Source of the DNA: Callorhinchus milii | Lineage: Eukaryota | DNA length: 64,000 nt | Direction: 5' to 3' | Assembly: GCF_018977255.1 (NCBI RefSeq) | Contig: NW_024704742.1 | Span: forward strand, 74,526,001-74,590,000 | Part shown: positions 48,241-60,782 of the stretch, in pieces | How positions within the stretch are numbered: position 1 is the first letter of the stretch | Layout of the letters: every line of letters starts with the position of its first letter | Notes under the pieces: generated by a model | The model's input: only the letters and a program-made list of their open reading frames with translations | The model's database searches: none | What the model was told of the DNA's origin: nothing | Program-made: the position numbers and the translations under genes

Positions 48241-48920
48241 CAACAACAACTTGCATTTATTTAGCACCCTTTGTGTGAATAATGTCAAGGAGTGCTTAAT
48301 AGCAGCTTGGACTTGACATTGAGTTTGGGGGAGAGGGGGCATTACTGAAAAGTCTTCAGGTGTGATTTGAGGTAGAGAAGTGGGGCGTGAGCAGATGGGA
48401 GAGGTAGGGAGGTGCCAGAGTGTGAAGAGATTTGAAAGTGAGAATCTCGAAATTCATTTGTTCTGCAACAGGGAACCTGATAAGAACTGGGATGAAGGGA
48501 GTGTGGAGCCTGATATGGATGAGGACATGGTCATCAGAGTTTTGTATCATTTCAATGTTTTTAATAGTGGAGCTGGATAGCTGGACTTGAACCAGGATTG
48601 TTCAGTCCCACTGAGGTGGATGAGGGAGGAGACATGGTGGGGGAGAATGCCATGGGCGACAGTGTCGAAGGCAGTAGACAGGTCCAGGAGGAACAAGAAG
48701 GTAGAGGGAGCCCTGGTCCGCGCTCTGTGTCACCAGGGCTCCCTCTGCCTCCTTGCAGAGGGAGGCACCCATCATTTGTGACTTTGACGAGCGCTGTCTC
48801 AGTGCTGTAGTCTGGGTGGAAACCAGACTGGAGGGGCTTGAGTAGGGAGTGGAGAGAGAGGTGTGAGCAAAGTTGATTGACAACAATGAATTCTATGACT
48901 TTGGAAATGAAGGGCAAGGA
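48241..48920 (-). mobile_element. Degenerate L2 with internal deletions
   Basis: LQSGFHPDYSTETALVKVTND; FKSLHTLAPPYLSHLL; (TTG)n tail; internal inverted gagggagccctgg/ccagggctccctc. Confidence 0.85.
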
Positions 48921-49366
48921 CACATTGGGAGGATGTCTCAAAGCATTTCATGGGATTTACTGTAATCTGTAGGGACTGTGTATTCATAGGCAAACATAGC
49001 AGCCAATTCATACCATACCATTGCCCCACCGATGGTCATGAAGTGAATGACCTAGGTGTGATGATTGAATCATCCTTTTCAATGTCAAGACAATAATCTG
49101 AAACAATTAAAAACAGCTAAGATTAATAGTCAAAAGTAACAAGAGTACCATCCACAAAAGCTACACTGGAGTTCTACAAAGCACTTATCAGACCTCACTT
49201 GGAATACAGTTCTGATAGCCATACTTCAAAATAAATAGTTTCAAAAGTAAGCAGTGAAGAGCAATAAAACTGAACCTCTGCTTCAAAATAATATTCCTTG
49301 TATTTGATATAATGGCTGTGACAATTGTAGTGACTGCAGTTGCAGGCAATTGACAAGGAATTTTGT

Positions 49367-49515
49367 TGTCAGCCTGGCTTAGTTGGTAGCACTCTTACTT
49401 TGGAGTCAGAAGGCTGCATTTTCCAGCACCATGTCAGGATTTTGAACTCAAGTAGTCTATGCTGACACTTCAATGCAGTGGTGTGCTGCAATGAAGGAAG
49501 TACCATCTATTGGGT
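49367..49515 (+). mobile_element. SacSINE1-like 5' fragment
   Basis: gtcagcctggcttagttggtagcactctt..gagtcagaagg..gctgacacttcaatgcagt. Confidence 0.75.
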
Positions 49516-50066
49516 TTTTTGGTCAGCTAGGTGTTTGACACTTGCAGAAACCTATCAACACGCTTAAATGTATACAAACCCAGTCCAGCCAGACACTTGC
49601 TTCTTACCTAATTTCAGAGAGTATTAGGCACGGGTTAGCAAGAGCCAAGTCTTGAAGACTCCAGAGTCTGTGGAATGGGGTATTGCTGGAGTCTAATCAG
49701 TTAAAACTGCATAGTTTGCCATTGAGAGCACTGTATGGCAAGCTTCCTGCTGCATGCCTGCTAAGCCCAACTAACTGTTAGGGTTTTGGCTTTCAGGATT
49801 AACAGGAGCCGAGAATCCTCATTTCACATCTGTAACAATAGCACGTTTGATCACTCATTAGGTGGATAGGAGGTACCAGGAATACCCTGTGTCTCATACT
49901 TCAGATGAGATGTTAACCAAGTTCCCATCTGCCAACTCATCAGATAAAATTAGTGATTAATTTCATGTGTTTGTGAGAAATTGATTTGCACAAATTGACT
50001 GTTTCATTCACTGCAAGATACACAGTCACTCCATTTTATAATATATTCTGTAGAGGCTTTGAGATT

Positions 50067-50240
50067 TCGCCCACAGATGTACAGTCAATTCACTTTACAG
50101 TGTGTTCTGTGAAGCGCTTTGGGACGTCCTCCCGATGTGAAAAGCGCTATATCAAATGCAAGGATTATTTATTATTATTATTTCCTGCTGACATGAAAGG
50201 CATAATAAAAATGCAAGGATAATTATTTATTATTATTATG
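50067..50240 (+). mobile_element. SINE 3' fragment (CTCCC loop) plus extra tail
   Basis: gggacgtcctcccgatgtgaaaagcgc; second aaatgcaaggat at 50209. Confidence 0.88.
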
Positions 50241-50906
50241 AAGGTATGGTATACACATAGACAGACGAGTGAGCACATAATCAGTATGCTATGCTGTGTC
50301 TTCCTTCATCCCAGATCAAAAATTCCTATGGGGGAACACATTGTGTTCTCTCAGAGAAAGACATAAGGAACACATAGGAATGGGGAACGCATACTAATGA
50401 GTACATTGTTAGGGCTGTAAATTGGTTCACATATAAGTAAATAGTTTGAGCACCAAAGATTCTTTCTATATTTAGTATTTTAGTACTTCTTCAATCTTCA
50501 ACTGATATCTTTAAACCAAAGTTTGTTTTCTGAAATGCCAACAGAATCATGGTTTATTCTGTTCCAAAGAGCAAACACTACAATTGGTATTTTGTCGTAG
50601 CTCATTTAATTTCACTGTTTTCATGCTTGGAAGGATTTTGTGGAAAATTAAATGGACTGTGAAAAGTAAATGAATAAAATCTTACAATTAAGTCTATCAG
50701 TTATTTCAAAATAGGTTAGAGAGAAATATTAAAGTGTATGGAGAGCAAGGAGAGTAAGATCAGATTTGATGGTTATTATGGAAAAAAAACACCAATACAC
50801 AGCTGATGGGCCAACTGTAGGTGCAGTCGACAGCACCTTCTACTGCATGTGTATGGCTGGGGAGGGCTCAGGTTCAGTCTCTGTTGCCTTTACATTGAAA
50901 TCATTT

Positions 50907-51227
50907 GTGGAGTCCTGCAGCTCAATGGTTAGAGCACTCGCTTTGCAAGCGAGAGACCTGAGTTCAATTCCAGGCAGGGCGAAACCTTGGGCAAGTTTCC
51001 TTACTCCACACGCCTAATAATAATCCCTCCAAAACAAAACAATAATAAATTGGTCACTTTCAATCTACGACTGTTTGTGGGACATTGCTGTGCGCAATTG
51101 GCTGCCGCGTTCGCCCACAAATATACAGTCAATTCACTTTACAGTGTGTTCTGTGAAGCGCTTTGGGAGTCCTCCCAACGTGAAAAGCGCTATATCAAAT
51201 GCAAGGATTATTATTATTATTATTATT
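50907..51227 (+). mobile_element. Young tRNA-Ala/Deu SINE, short subtype, CTCCC loop
   Basis: Near-identical to the copies at 52009 and 60145; A/B boxes intact; (TTA)n tail. Confidence 0.97.
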
Positions 51228-52008
51228 AAATGGTCTACTGACAAATGAACACGGGCACACCAACACAGAAGGCAACCAGTGTCCATAGAACAGCACCAAT
51301 AGCAAGAAGAGCAGCAGAGAAGCAGAAATCGCAAAATACATCCTTTTTCCTGGACTATTGTAAAGGTGGGTGAGGGGAGAATAAACATTCTGCCAGTTCC
51401 TGTATTACAGATGGAATCAACACGGCACCCAAAATTAAATGCAAGTCAGGATGTGAATTGGAACCATAACATGACTACCATCTTAACTGTGGCCCTTGAG
51501 CTATCATTATGCATATGCCGGGTTAAACAGAACACAAGACCCGCAGATTTAGATTTTGGGAGATATTGGAGAAGCAAATGTTGGTAACCAATATAACCTG
51601 GTGAGGAGGAGTGGGCAGCATCACATAACTAGGGCATCACTGAACATGCTCGTGGAAGGGCTGAATTTTCTTGAAAACATGTGGAGTCATTTAGCAGAAA
51701 ATGGCTATGTTGTGACCCATTGATGGCTCTCTCTGCTGCCATGCGTTGGACTCATAGAATGACTGAGCATATCTCAGCTTTGCAGAAGTAAGACCTGTAT
51801 TGACTGGTCATATAACTATCTATCAGCTTCACATGCTGTGGGTATGATCTTTCTCCAGGAATCCACTTCACTTTAGCTGAAATTTCCAGCTCATCTGAGA
51901 AATCATCAAGACTGAACAGCTTGAGCCTGTCTAATCGTTGTTCATAGCTCACAAAAGGTGGAGATTTGGTGATGTAAGTTGAGAACAGCATGAGGAGAGT
52001 ATAAATTA

Positions 52009-52337
52009 GGAGTCCTGTAGCTCAGTGGTTAGAGCACTCGCTTTGCAAGCGAGAGACCTGAGTTCAATTCCAGGCAGGGCGAAACCTTGGGCAAGTTTCC
52101 TTACTCCACACGCCTAATAATAATCCCTCCAAAACCCAAAACAATAATAAATTGGTCATTTTCAATCTACGACTGTTTGTGGGACTTTGCTTTGCGCAAT
52201 TGGCTGCCGCGTTCGCCCACAAATATAGTCAATTCACTTTACAGTGTGTTCTGTGAAGCGCTTTGGGACGTCCTCCCGACGTGAAAAGCGCTATATCAAA
52301 TGCAAGGATGATTATTATTATTATTATTATTATTATT
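52009..52337 (+). mobile_element. Young tRNA-Ala/Deu SINE, short subtype, CTCCC loop
   Basis: Full copy, CpGs retained, possible TSD taaatt. Confidence 0.97.
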
Positions 52338-53154
52338 AAATTCAGAATGTAACAGTGCATACCCAATACCTAATAAAATGCTGGTTCTTTGATAGGTTTG
52401 ATCAATCTAAGCTCGAGACTTGGGAAACTCCACTGCCTTGTGTGGTTGCTTGGTGCCATAGTCCTATTCAGCTCCCAGGCCAAGCTGTGATTGTCTGCCT
52501 CATTTCCTACTTGATGGATGGTGTTCGTGCTTGATGGACCTGCGCTGGAGTATCTGAATGTGACTGAACTGATTCAACCCCACATCCCCACCCCTGTAAA
52601 CTAGTAATATCACTTTAAAGTTTGTCTACCGGAGTTTCAAACCTTGCATGTTTAGAAGGAATTGTATTTAATGATACAATCAGTAAAATGTATTGACATA
52701 TTAAGCTAAATTTAAAAAAATCTGCAACTGCAGAGCATGACATTTGCAGGACAGTTGAGTCCTTTTGAAATGAAAAGCTACATTTCCTAGCGCAACAATT
52801 TCTTTTATACATTTTCTAATCATAAGAAATCATAACCTACAGAGATTAAGGGATAGCTTTAGATTTATCCATAATCCTTTGTTGGGATTGTGAAGCCAAT
52901 TGTTGGAATCATCTTTAAATTGACTAAATCCCCAGGAGTTTCAGAAGAAATGACTCACAGAATCAAACATTTTTACAGAAAGCATCAAATTACTTGAATG
53001 GTATTGCAATAAGCTCAATTAGCAAAAATGTTGCTTTGTGGAAAACTAACATAAAATGAAAACGGTATTCTTAATCGATGGTCCTTTTGATCCTCTGTGC
53101 AAAAGTATGGAAAATACTGTGAAAATCATAAGCTGATTAGGTAGAGTGATTACA

Positions 53155-54230
53155 ATAGCAACAAAATTACATTTGTATAGTGCCTTTCATGTCAGGAGGA
53201 CGTCCCAAGGCACTGGACAGACCGAGTTATGAATCCGAGCTGAGGGTCGGATTGGGGGAGGCTGGAGGGCAGGGGAGGAAGCAGGGAGATCAAAAGCACA
53301 GTCGAAGAGGAGGGTCTTGAGATGGGTTTTGAAGGTGGCAAGGGAGGGGTGAGGCGGAGGGACTGCAGGATGGAGTTCCAGAAGAAAGGGGCAGAGTGGC
53401 GGAAGGCCTGCCCAAGCAAGGTGGGGCACATGAAGCAGACAGGGCCCGCTGAGTGGAGGGAGCGAACAGGATGGCCGGGGTTTAGGAGGTCGGAGAAATA
53501 GGGGGGAACAAGGCCATGGAGGGCTTTGAAGGTGAGAACCAGGATCTTGAACTGTATCCTCTGTGTGATGGGAAGCCAGTGGAGTTGGGTGAGGATGGGG
53601 GTGATAGGGTCGCGGAGCCTAGTGTGGGAGAGGACACGGGCTGCAGAGTTCTGGATTATCTGCAGCCTGTGGAGGGAGGAGTTGGGGAGGCCGATAAGCA
53701 GTGAGCTTGCATAGTCGATCCTCAATGTAATGAAAGCATGTATAAGGGTTTTGGTGGCCTGCGGTGTGAGACAGTGTTGGAACCGGGTGATGTTGCGGAG
53801 GTGGGGGAAGGCAGAGCAGGTCACGGCACAGATGTGGGGTAGAAAGGATAGTTGAGGGTCAAACAAGACCCCAAGGTTCCTTGGCTTAGCAAGGTGGATG
53901 TGTGCATCCATGGATGGTGATGCTGTTAGCACCTGAGGTGAGGAAGCGCCAATCAGGAGAGCCTCGGTCTTGTTGACGTTCAACTGTAGAAAGTTAGCTC
54001 TCATCCAAGACTTGATGTCTGACAGACATTCTGTCAGGACCGCAGTGGTCCTGGAGTCGAGGGTGGAGGCAGAGAGGTAGAGGTGGTTGTCATCCGCTTA
54101 CATGTGGAAGTTGACGCCATGTCTGCAGATGATGTCACCAAGAGGGAGCTGTAGAGGATATTGAAAAGAAGGGAACCAAGGACAGAGCTCTGAGGAACGC
54201 TGCACGAGACCGTCCGGGGGCTAGAGGAGC
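53155..54230 (-). mobile_element. L2 family A 3' ~1.1 kb
   Basis: NFLQLNVNKTEALLIG..AFPHLRNI..LHWLPITQRIQFKIL; tail gggacgtcctcctgacatgaaagg. Confidence 0.95.
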
Positions 54231-55664
54231 CATTTGAGGTCGATTACCATGCGCATCTCTCCTCAGTCACTGACCTGCTAACTAGATTATTTATACTCAT
54301 ACGCTTGAATCTTAAACTAAATGATTGAATGAGGAAGACACTGAGACCTTAAGCCGTAAATTCTCTGTGATAATGTCATTTATAATTTAGTTCATGAAAT
54401 GATAGAGCTTCTCGCTTTGAGCCAAGGTGCAAGAAGCACTATTTCATGTGGTATGACTTCATATATGTTTTGGACTATAATTATACAGTACTCCCATAGT
54501 ACTAGTTAGCGAGCTCGTCTCTTTCTCTGTGACCACGCCTCCCTCTGCCTTCTTATCCTCCTCAACCTCTCTGATGCTTTTGACATTGTGGACCATTCCA
54601 ATCGCCTCGATTGCCTCTCAGATATCAAGGCCTGGATATAGCCTGAGCACCAACTTATTACACACTAGAATCATAGTAAAGCTGTTTTACTTTCAACCTC
54701 TACTCCCAATTTCCTATTTTGCAATGTCGTTCTCGGTCAGCTTGTAAAGCAATGAAACTGCCTAAAAGAAGAATCTTCTGGACAGGCACCTGATAGATGC
54801 TGAAAGAGACCTGGGAATGAAAGTTATTGCGTCCTTGGTGTTTTTTAGGGTTTCCAATTAATTGTTTTACAAAACTTGAAACTACTTCTGACATTCAAAA
54901 CCATGGAATGAATATCAAAATCTATAATATCAAATATTTAATACCATCGTGATTGACACAATTTCCAAATATTATTTACAGTATCAGACTCAGCTGCATG
55001 TTTGCCATTCTCTGCCACCTATGATCATTTTCTATCAAAGTATATTATTTTGTGTAAAGTCATCTTGGTTTATTTACATTCCTGATTTCTGAATATGATT
55101 CAGACTTGGAAGTTGACAGAAAATGAATTGTTATTATTGGGGTCTAAAATGCAAGTATCTAATTACATTTCTTAATAAAGAATCCTATTATAAATCCTGT
55201 TGATTTGGGGGAATTCTGCTTTTAAATAGAATTAGACTGAGAAGAGTATCCATAGGTTAATCATGGTTGTGATATAAATATGGACTAAACTGGCTCCAAG
55301 GTGACATGTTTGGCAATGAAATGTCAGGATCAAGTCAGTGGGGATCTCAGTAGTCTATCTCCTGAGCCAGGCAGGTCTGCAGTACTCACTCCTAATGATC
55401 AACCAGACAGAGTGGCTCATTGACAGAAGTTGGATGAGCAGATCAGTGCTGAGTACAGGGATTCTTCCATTTAGCTTCTGCTAACCCTGCAGCCAAAGGC
55501 CAAACAGGCAAAACAAATGACTAATTCCACAATTCCACATCTTTCCCCCAGCCACAGTTTCTGAAATGAAGCCTTGTTTCATTTAAAACATGACACAATT
55601 CAAGCATTTTTCTCAGGCAATAAGCTCAACTATTGGTAGCTCATCTACTGTTGGTGAGGGTAAG

Positions 55665-56008
55665 TCGGTCTTCACCCTCACATACAAATCCTTCCACACC
55701 CAAGCATCTCTTTACTTTTCTGATCTTCTCATACCCCACTCCTTTGCCCATCCCTTTGCTCGACTAATGCTTGCATATGCCCGACCCCTCCACTATTGCT
55801 GGCCGTGTCTTCAGCCACTATGCCCCTAATCTCTGGAACTCCCTCCCTTCTTTAGCTATCTTTAATTAACACCTTAAGATCCATCTGTTTGAATGTGCAT
55901 ATGTTCACCTCCCACTTCTGCATTGCCCTTGCTTAGTAACCAACTGTTAAGTGCTCCGAGACTCTGTCCTGTATGAAGAACACAATATAAATGCAAGTTG
56001 TTGTTGTA
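55665..56008 (+). mobile_element. Old L2 family B-like 3' fragment
   Basis: LTYKSFH..YFSDLL; tail tataaatgcaagttgttgttg. Confidence 0.75.
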
Positions 56009-56633
56009 GCTAATAGAGGTAGCAGCTTTAGAAAACATACAAATCAAATCTTTCCTGCTGAATAAATTGTTAAATCTCAGATGAAAGGAGTGAGCTTCAC
56101 TTTGATAGCTGTGACAGAAAAATGTGCCATGTTTGAAATAAATTGCTCTTAAATTATTGAATAGTCCTGGATCAGCTTTTGAAAAATAAGTCCAATATAT
56201 TTCCATCTGTTCCCATAGAAAACAAAGCAACTGAACCAACTTGATATATGATATTTATCAATTAGAAGAGCAGCTTATGATGCACAATGACACTGGCCTA
56301 AATGATTTTATGAGGAATAAAATGTGCTCTTTGAGATATGTTGTGAATGTTTTTAATTGTTGATAATATTTCTGTTGATTTTTTGTTAATTATCATATCC
56401 ATGATACATCCCTTTTTATTACACGCAGTAAATGAACAATATTGCCTATCAGATATTAAGTTTCTGCTTTGGTTTTCATTCCTTCTTTTTTGTTAAGATT
56501 TTGAACTGGGATTCCCATGGGCATGCTTGCAAAATAGTGAAAACAGTGAAAATGCAAAGGAATTTGCCTTAGTGTTATCTCGCTCTCATTACCATATTGA
56601 ATTTTGCACCAAAAGACAAGTAAATCCTTGTCC

Positions 56634-57025
56634 TGTCAGCCTGTTCATGTGGCTCAGTTGGTACCACTTTTGCCTCTGAGTCAGAAGGTTGTGGGCACAA
56701 GCCCCATGTCAGGACTTTAAAATCATATCGTCCAAGCTATCACACCAATGCAGTGCTGGGGTGCGTGACTTTATTGAGGTGCTGTCCTTTGAACTGAGAT
56801 CCGTTGACCTGTTCAGGTAGATATTCCCATGGCACTATTCGAAAAGAGAAGGTTGTTTCTCCTGGGGTCCTGACCAACAATCCACCAAATAAAAATGGCT
56901 ACTCATTTCATTGCTGTTTGTGGGACTTTATTGTGTACAAAATTGGCAGCCGCTTTCTCAAAATACGCAGTTACTGCCTTGAGAAATCCCCCCGATGTGA
57001 AAGGTTGTACCAAATTTATGGATTA
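56634..57025 (+). mobile_element. SacSINE1-like SINE, near full length
   Basis: ggctcagttggtaccacttttgcctctgagtcagaaggttgtggg..cccatggcactattcg..gctgtttgtgggac..aaattggcagcc. Confidence 0.85.
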
Positions 57026-57659
57026 AAGGATTTTTTGTCACAGAATGCTGGAGGAAAACCAGAATAAATAGAATCAGATTTAGGATTAAATCAATGTGCC
57101 TTCAAAACAATTTTAAAAGATATCTGCAAAGAAATCTTCCTCCATTTGGATCTGAAGAAATTGTTGTGAGTGCTGCTGAAAATGCCCAAGAGCAGGCAAC
57201 GTGTCCACCCCTCCACAGGTTCTCTGACAGATTTGCAGTTTCCTCATGAATGGTATTGTCCAGCAGCGTTCTACAGACTAGAATACTGCTTAATCTTCAA
57301 AGACATGGAGAGAGCAATAATGCTCTCTGTGTCGTTAGCTGCTTGTTTGACACATTTGGAAAACTATCACCATACTTTGAGTTTTCAAACTAAACTGCAG
57401 AGATTTCCACATACAGTGAGTTTTTTTTTGTTTGTCTTATGTGGAGTGCACACTTTCTCCCTAGTGGAACACAGCCTGCTTACCTAAGCCTGCAGACTTT
57501 AGTCACGGATTGTCAGGACCAAGGCTTTGGGACCCTGGAGTGTGTACATGTTGGGCAGTGCTTTTCCAGAGCAATGGTTGAGATGCCAAGCTTCGGCAGC
57601 AGCTGCTTATCTCTCTCCATGCCAATTCTGGTAGCCCCCAAGTCTGGATGTCAGTTCAC

Positions 57660-57762
57660 TTTACAGTCAATTCACTTTACAGTATATTCTGTGAAGCGCC
57701 TGAGACGTCTTGAAGACATGATAAGCTGCTATATCAAATGCAAGGATTATTATTATTATTAT
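57660..57762 (+). mobile_element. SINE 3' fragment (TTGAA loop)
   Basis: gagacgtcttgaagacatgataag..(TTA)n. Confidence 0.88.
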
Positions 57763-58371
57763 TTACAAACATGGTCCCTGCCAAGCACAATGCAGCTGGA
57801 AACTTGTTTAAATCATTGAAGTACATGGAGAATCCTGGGAAAAGTCTTGATACCAGAACACTTCAGTTTCAGCAAGTTTTCAGCTGCGGCGCCAAGCTGT
57901 AATCTGTTACAGCTATAAGTATATAGCAGCTCATCAGGATTCAATGCTGATCTAATTTTCTTGGGCACAGTAAGGACGATAAGCTTTTAAAGCAATTATC
58001 AGTGTCTTTCGGGTGCAAATCGTGCTGAATGATGTGTTAAATAACACCAAGAGAACCATGAGGTTTGAAAAACGACCTTGCGATAATTAATAATACATCA
58101 ACTTGTCATCATCAACATGGTTACATCCAGGGTGAAACTCTCCCACCTCCTCCCCACTTTTCACCACACACTGAACTTGGTGATTATTTGGATACTTACT
58201 TAACCAAACAAAAGCAGACTGTCAACAGACTGCCTACCGTCAGTGCAAAGCTACGATTGGTGGGTCAGAGGTCCAGCCAGCTTCTGGGTACAATAGAAAA
58301 GGGCACAGAGGGTGTTCAGTCACTATGTTATTTATCATCAGTTTGCTTATTTTAGTACACGTGTTAATTAT

Positions 58372-58692
58372 TGTCAACCTGGCTTAGTTGGTAGCACTTC
58401 CGCCTCTGAGTCAAAATCTCTAGATCTCAATTTGGACTTTGGTTTAGGCTGACACTCAATGTGGTGTTGGTGGATCACTGCATTGTTGGAGGTACCATCC
58501 ATTGGATGTGATGTTAAACCAAGGCCCTGTCTACTTGATGAGGTGGATATTAAATATCCCATGACACTATTCCAAAAGAGAAGGGAATGCATTTGCTTGC
58601 AAATACACAGTGTCCACCTCATCAGGTAGACAGGGCCTTGGTTTAACATCTCATCCAAAGGATGGTAACTCCAACATCACAATGAGTGTCAA
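58372..58692. mobile_element. Two SacSINE1-like fragments in inverted orientation
   Basis: 58486-58548 is reverse-complementary to 58612-58676. Confidence 0.85.
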
Positions 58693-59588
58693 CCGAAACC
58701 ATCTTCACAATGAAAACCATGACATAAATTGCCATGGCCTCATTTGTGAAGATTTACTGCCAAACATGGTTAACTTCTCCCAAAGCACTGACAACTGGCT
58801 GCAGCTGAAAACTCCAAAGAGGATTAATAAATCATGTCTCTTGAGCTACAAATTATAATTCAGTGAAACCTCAACTGCTGCTTTCTCCCAAAAGAAAGCA
58901 TCAGGATTGAGTCAGGATGCTCAAAGAGATCGGAGCAGATGGAAGTCTTCTTTTATACAATAATTTTGTTACAGCAGTGAATCTCATCCGGCAGGACAAG
59001 TGGAAAATGCCAGACGAGTTTTGTGCCCAGTGACATTTATTCTGCTCAACAACCTTTCCACAAAATGAAATTTATTTATTGAAAAGTTCTCCAAGTGTTC
59101 TTATTACATTTTTTTTAACACAACAACCATTATTACTGCTGGAGTTCCTCTTGACTGCTTACTTAGTGGTCTGTCCAATTATTACTTAATAACTTAAATT
59201 TGAAAGCTATTTGAAAGCTCCTAAATAAGGTTCATAAATCACAATTTACGTAATTTGCATAAACAAAATTTGATAAAACTGCACCTAAATGTGGGCATAA
59301 ATTGATTAATCTGCATTAATCAATTATAGAACATAGTTTACACTGTTGCTGATATTTATGTTTATTTCTATCCAAACATACCAAATAATCTGTTAAAAGT
59401 TCAGAATTGCACTCATTAATTCAAGCTTTTGCCTGTGCAGCAGTGAAGAGTGAGTACAGCAGCACACATTATTCTTTATGTTATAAGCTTTTATGAATGA
59501 CACAAGCAAAAATCTTATTCAAGTCTGCCTCAGTATAACTAGAATTGGAAAGCGCTTTCTGATACTCACAGACTCTATGCCTACATTT

Positions 59589-59836
59589 GGAGTCCTGTAG
59601 CTCAGTGGTTAGAGCACTCGCCTCGCAAGAGAATTTCCAGCAGAGTGAAACATTGGGCAAGTTTCCTTACTCCCCACGCCTCTGTTTACCTAGCAGTAAG
59701 TAGAAACCCGGGTTGGTTGGTGGATTAATTGGCGGATCTCCTTTCTGGAGTAATAATTCCTTCAAATTTTTTTATTTTTTAAAATTATAAGAAATTGGTC
59801 ATTCACTCCAGACTCTTTGTGGGGCACTGCTGTGTC
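59589..59836 (+). mobile_element. tRNA/Deu SINE, long subtype, 5' part
   Basis: ggagtcctgtagctcagtggttagagc..ctctgtttacctagcagtaag. Confidence 0.9.
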
Positions 59837-59956
59837 TCCCACAACCACCCCCCCACCAACCCTCTATCACAAAGCACCTAAGATCTGCCGCAGCACTATA
59901 CAAACCTATGTTCCTGGATATCCAGTTTTAAACCATTGTTTTAAACCATTGATTTT

Positions 59957-60140
59957 AGGCTGGGCAGTAGTTGGTGCTACAACTGGCATCTGTCCCCTGG
60001 GGTTAGAGAGAGGTAAATCTTCTAGGATGGTGACCCTGATCACTGCTCAGAGGATGTGAAGTGAGGGCAGGATCATTCTTGGCTCTGTTGTTGCCTGAGG
60101 TCAAATACTCACATTCAGTTGTGAAGCCTCACAGATGACT
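59957..60140 (+). mobile_element. LF-SINE-like relic
   Basis: gcagtagttggtgctacaactggc..cccctgg..ctgatcactgc..gtgagggcaggatc..cttggctctg..gtcaaata resembles the LF-SINE consensus as recalled. Confidence 0.65.
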
Positions 60141-60144
60141 AATT

Positions 60145-60449
60145 GTGGAGTCCTGTAGCTCAATGGTTAGAGCACTCGCTTTGCAAGCGAGAGACCTGAG
60201 TTCAATTCCAGGCAGGGCGAAACCTTGGGCAAGTTTCCTTACTCCACACAGAGCCTAATAATAATCCCTCCAAAAACCAAAAACAATAATAAATTGGTCA
60301 TTTTCAATCTTCGACTGTTTGTGGGACATTGCTGTGCGCAAATGGCTGCCGCGTTCGCCCACAAATATACAGTCAATTCACTTTACAGTGTTCTGTGAAG
60401 CGCTTTGGGACGTCCTCCCGACGTGAAAAGTGCTATATCAAATGCAAGG

Positions 60450-60482
<33 letters not shown>

Positions 60483-60610
60483 ATGTTTTGCCCACAAAAT
60501 ACACAGCCAATTCACTTTACAGTATATTCTGCAAAGCACTTTGAGACTTCTTGAAAACGTGTTAAGGTTCTATATCAAATGCAAGTATTATTATTTATGA
60601 TTATTATCAT
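60145..60610 (+). mobile_element. Young tRNA-Ala/Deu SINE (CTCCC loop; 60145-60482) followed by an older SINE 3' fragment
   Basis: Full copy with long (TTA)n, then gcccacaaaatacacag..ttgaaaacgtgttaagg tail. Confidence 0.95.
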
Positions 60611-60689
60611 TAATAGTCATTGTTGGCAAGATTTTGGAGAGCAACTATCTTCTCAGGACCCAAATCCTGTAGAAGAGCAGTTGAGAAAA

Positions 60690-60782
60690 TAGTCATCAAC
60701 CTGAAACGATAACTCACTTTCCTCTAGATGCTGCCTGACCTGCTGAATGTTCACAGATTTACAGCACCTGCAGTATTTCAAG
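60690..60782 (+). mobile_element. Penelope-like 3' UTR remnant
   Basis: cctgaaacgataactcactttcc..gatgctgcctgacctgctga matches 15075-15130. Confidence 0.75.

Noticed and set aside
49608..49667. 60-nt minus-strand exon LWSLQDLALANPCLILSEI
   Set aside because: Good splice signals, but a homologous copy at 57480 has stops in all frames, so it is not called as CDS; kept only as a repeat finding
50907..50985. tRNA-Ala gene calls at SINE heads
   Set aside because: Each continues into SINE body and L2-type tail, so they are not stand-alone tRNA genes
51752..51991. 79-aa ORF as a host exon
   Set aside because: SYEQRLDRLKLFSL resembles the CR1 motif SYEERLDRLGLFSL, and the splice sites are weak (gag acceptor, gtctta donor); more likely an old CR1-like remnant
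58200..58283. Minus-strand segment with strong acceptor and donor
   Set aside because: Stops in all frames; cannot be told from chance or a non-coding exon without RNA data
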